Shown piece after piece: positions 63,043 through 64,000 of a stretch of 64,000 nt of DNA (within the stretch, counting starts at the first letter, position 1; every line of letters begins with the position of its first letter). The notes beneath the pieces are model-generated. The model did no database searches, was not told where the DNA came from, and worked only from the letters and a program-made list of their open reading frames with translations. This stretch comes from Stylophora pistillata (lineage: Eukaryota). Where the stretch lies: the NCBI RefSeq assembly GCF_002571385.2, contig NW_019218284.1, positions 110,839 to 174,838 of the forward strand. The letters are read 5' to 3'. A program made the translations under genes and the position numbers.

Positions 63043-63498
63043 CTACGTATGATGCACGATCCTCGCAGTAGATAGCGCTATTTAAGCAATAGCGAAAATC
63101 AGACCTGAAAAAAATCAGGCCTGTACGGGATTCGAACCACTGACCTATTCGCTATTGCTTAAATAGCGCTATCTACTGCGAGGATCGTGCATCATACGTA
63201 TCTAATACCGCAGTTCAAAATATATGAACTTCATATATTTCATTGTATCTGATTTATCACTTTCACGGGTTTATTACGAATCAACTTAACGGCCTGCTCC
63301 CAGTTGGCTTGTTAGCTCAATTGGTAGAGCGCTGCACTAGTATCGCAGAGGTCAGTGGTTCGAATCCCGTACAGGCCTGATTTTTTTCAGGTCTGATTTT
63401 CGCTATTGCTTAAATAGCGCTATCTACTGCGAGGATCGTGCATCATACGTATCTAATACCGCAGTTCAAAATATATGAACTTCATATATTTCATTGTA
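63043..63498. mobile_element. tRNA-containing inverted/tandem repeat element (tRNA-like core 63306-63378)
   Basis: ggcttgttagctcaattggtagagcg..ggttcgaatcccgtacaggcct with A/B boxes; 63043-63143 is the reverse complement of ~63352-63452; ~63147-63247 is directly repeated at ~63399-63498. Related fragments at ~2790-2900 and ~13915-13980. Confidence 0.8.
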
Positions 63499-64000
63499 CA
63501 GAATTTAAACTGTCAGTTGAATCTTACAGCGCCATTAGAGGGTCTTAGATTGCTTTAACTACATCAAAGTTGGTTTAAAGTAAGTTGGCCATACGATTTC
63601 AGAACAGCCAGAGATTTCTGTGAGGTGGATAATCTTCCTTAAATAGTTCATCAGATGATCACTCTCTCTGCATTTCGCTTTCTTGCGTCATTTGTTGGAT
63701 ATAGTTTTGCAATTCTTATAAAGAGTGACACCTCTCTTAACCATCGCACTCTCAGATCTGATCGACGTAAAGCTATTCTTTTGCAATATCAATGGATTAT
63801 CCAACAAACAGATGATTTGAATAGGGGCAAGAACTCGTGATAGAGATACTTGTTATAGCAGATGTGCGATAGAGTAGTCTATGTGGTCAGTTTAGTCGTG
63901 ATGATATTGGCTGTAAGGCTTACTGCCACTAACATCACAGCTCAACTGACCAATCCGTTTACACAAACAATTTTTCATTTGACTCTGATTATGAGATCAG

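Noticed and set aside
63306-63378. Functional tRNA gene
   Set aside because: Aberrant anticodon arm and embedded in a repeated element with partial copies; treated as a tRNA-derived repeat.
63590-63800. Further upstream exon of the GPI-anchored gene
   Set aside because: All minus-strand frames examined contain stops or lack the expected Cys pattern.

Overview
AT-rich, intron-rich animal genomic DNA with several N-gaps; the repeat families and gene content suggest a stony coral or other cnidarian (inference). The window has four parts. (i) 1-5 kb is a cluster of degenerate LINE retrotransposons, followed by a 4-exon gene for an uncharacterised secreted Cys-containing protein (6.9-12.8 kb). 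(ii) A compact housekeeping block holds RBSN (+), MRPS25 (-), a divergent head-to-head MRPS25 paralog (+) that lacks the Fe-S-binding Cys tail, and ARMC10 (-) head-to-head with GEMIN2 (+). (iii) An orphan single-pass membrane protein gene (-) is followed by a decaying tandem array of secreted prepro-proteins (signal peptide, acidic propart, KR site, ~150-aa Cys/Trp-containing domain), with one intact copy and 2-3 pseudogenes. (iv) The 3' part of a GPI-anchored protein built from duplicated Cys-rich exon modules (-) closes the window. SINEs, MITEs, foldback palindromes, Penelope-like and ISL2EU-like remnants are scattered throughout. All exon coordinates were derived by hand from GT/AG sites and reading-frame phase; no database search was run.
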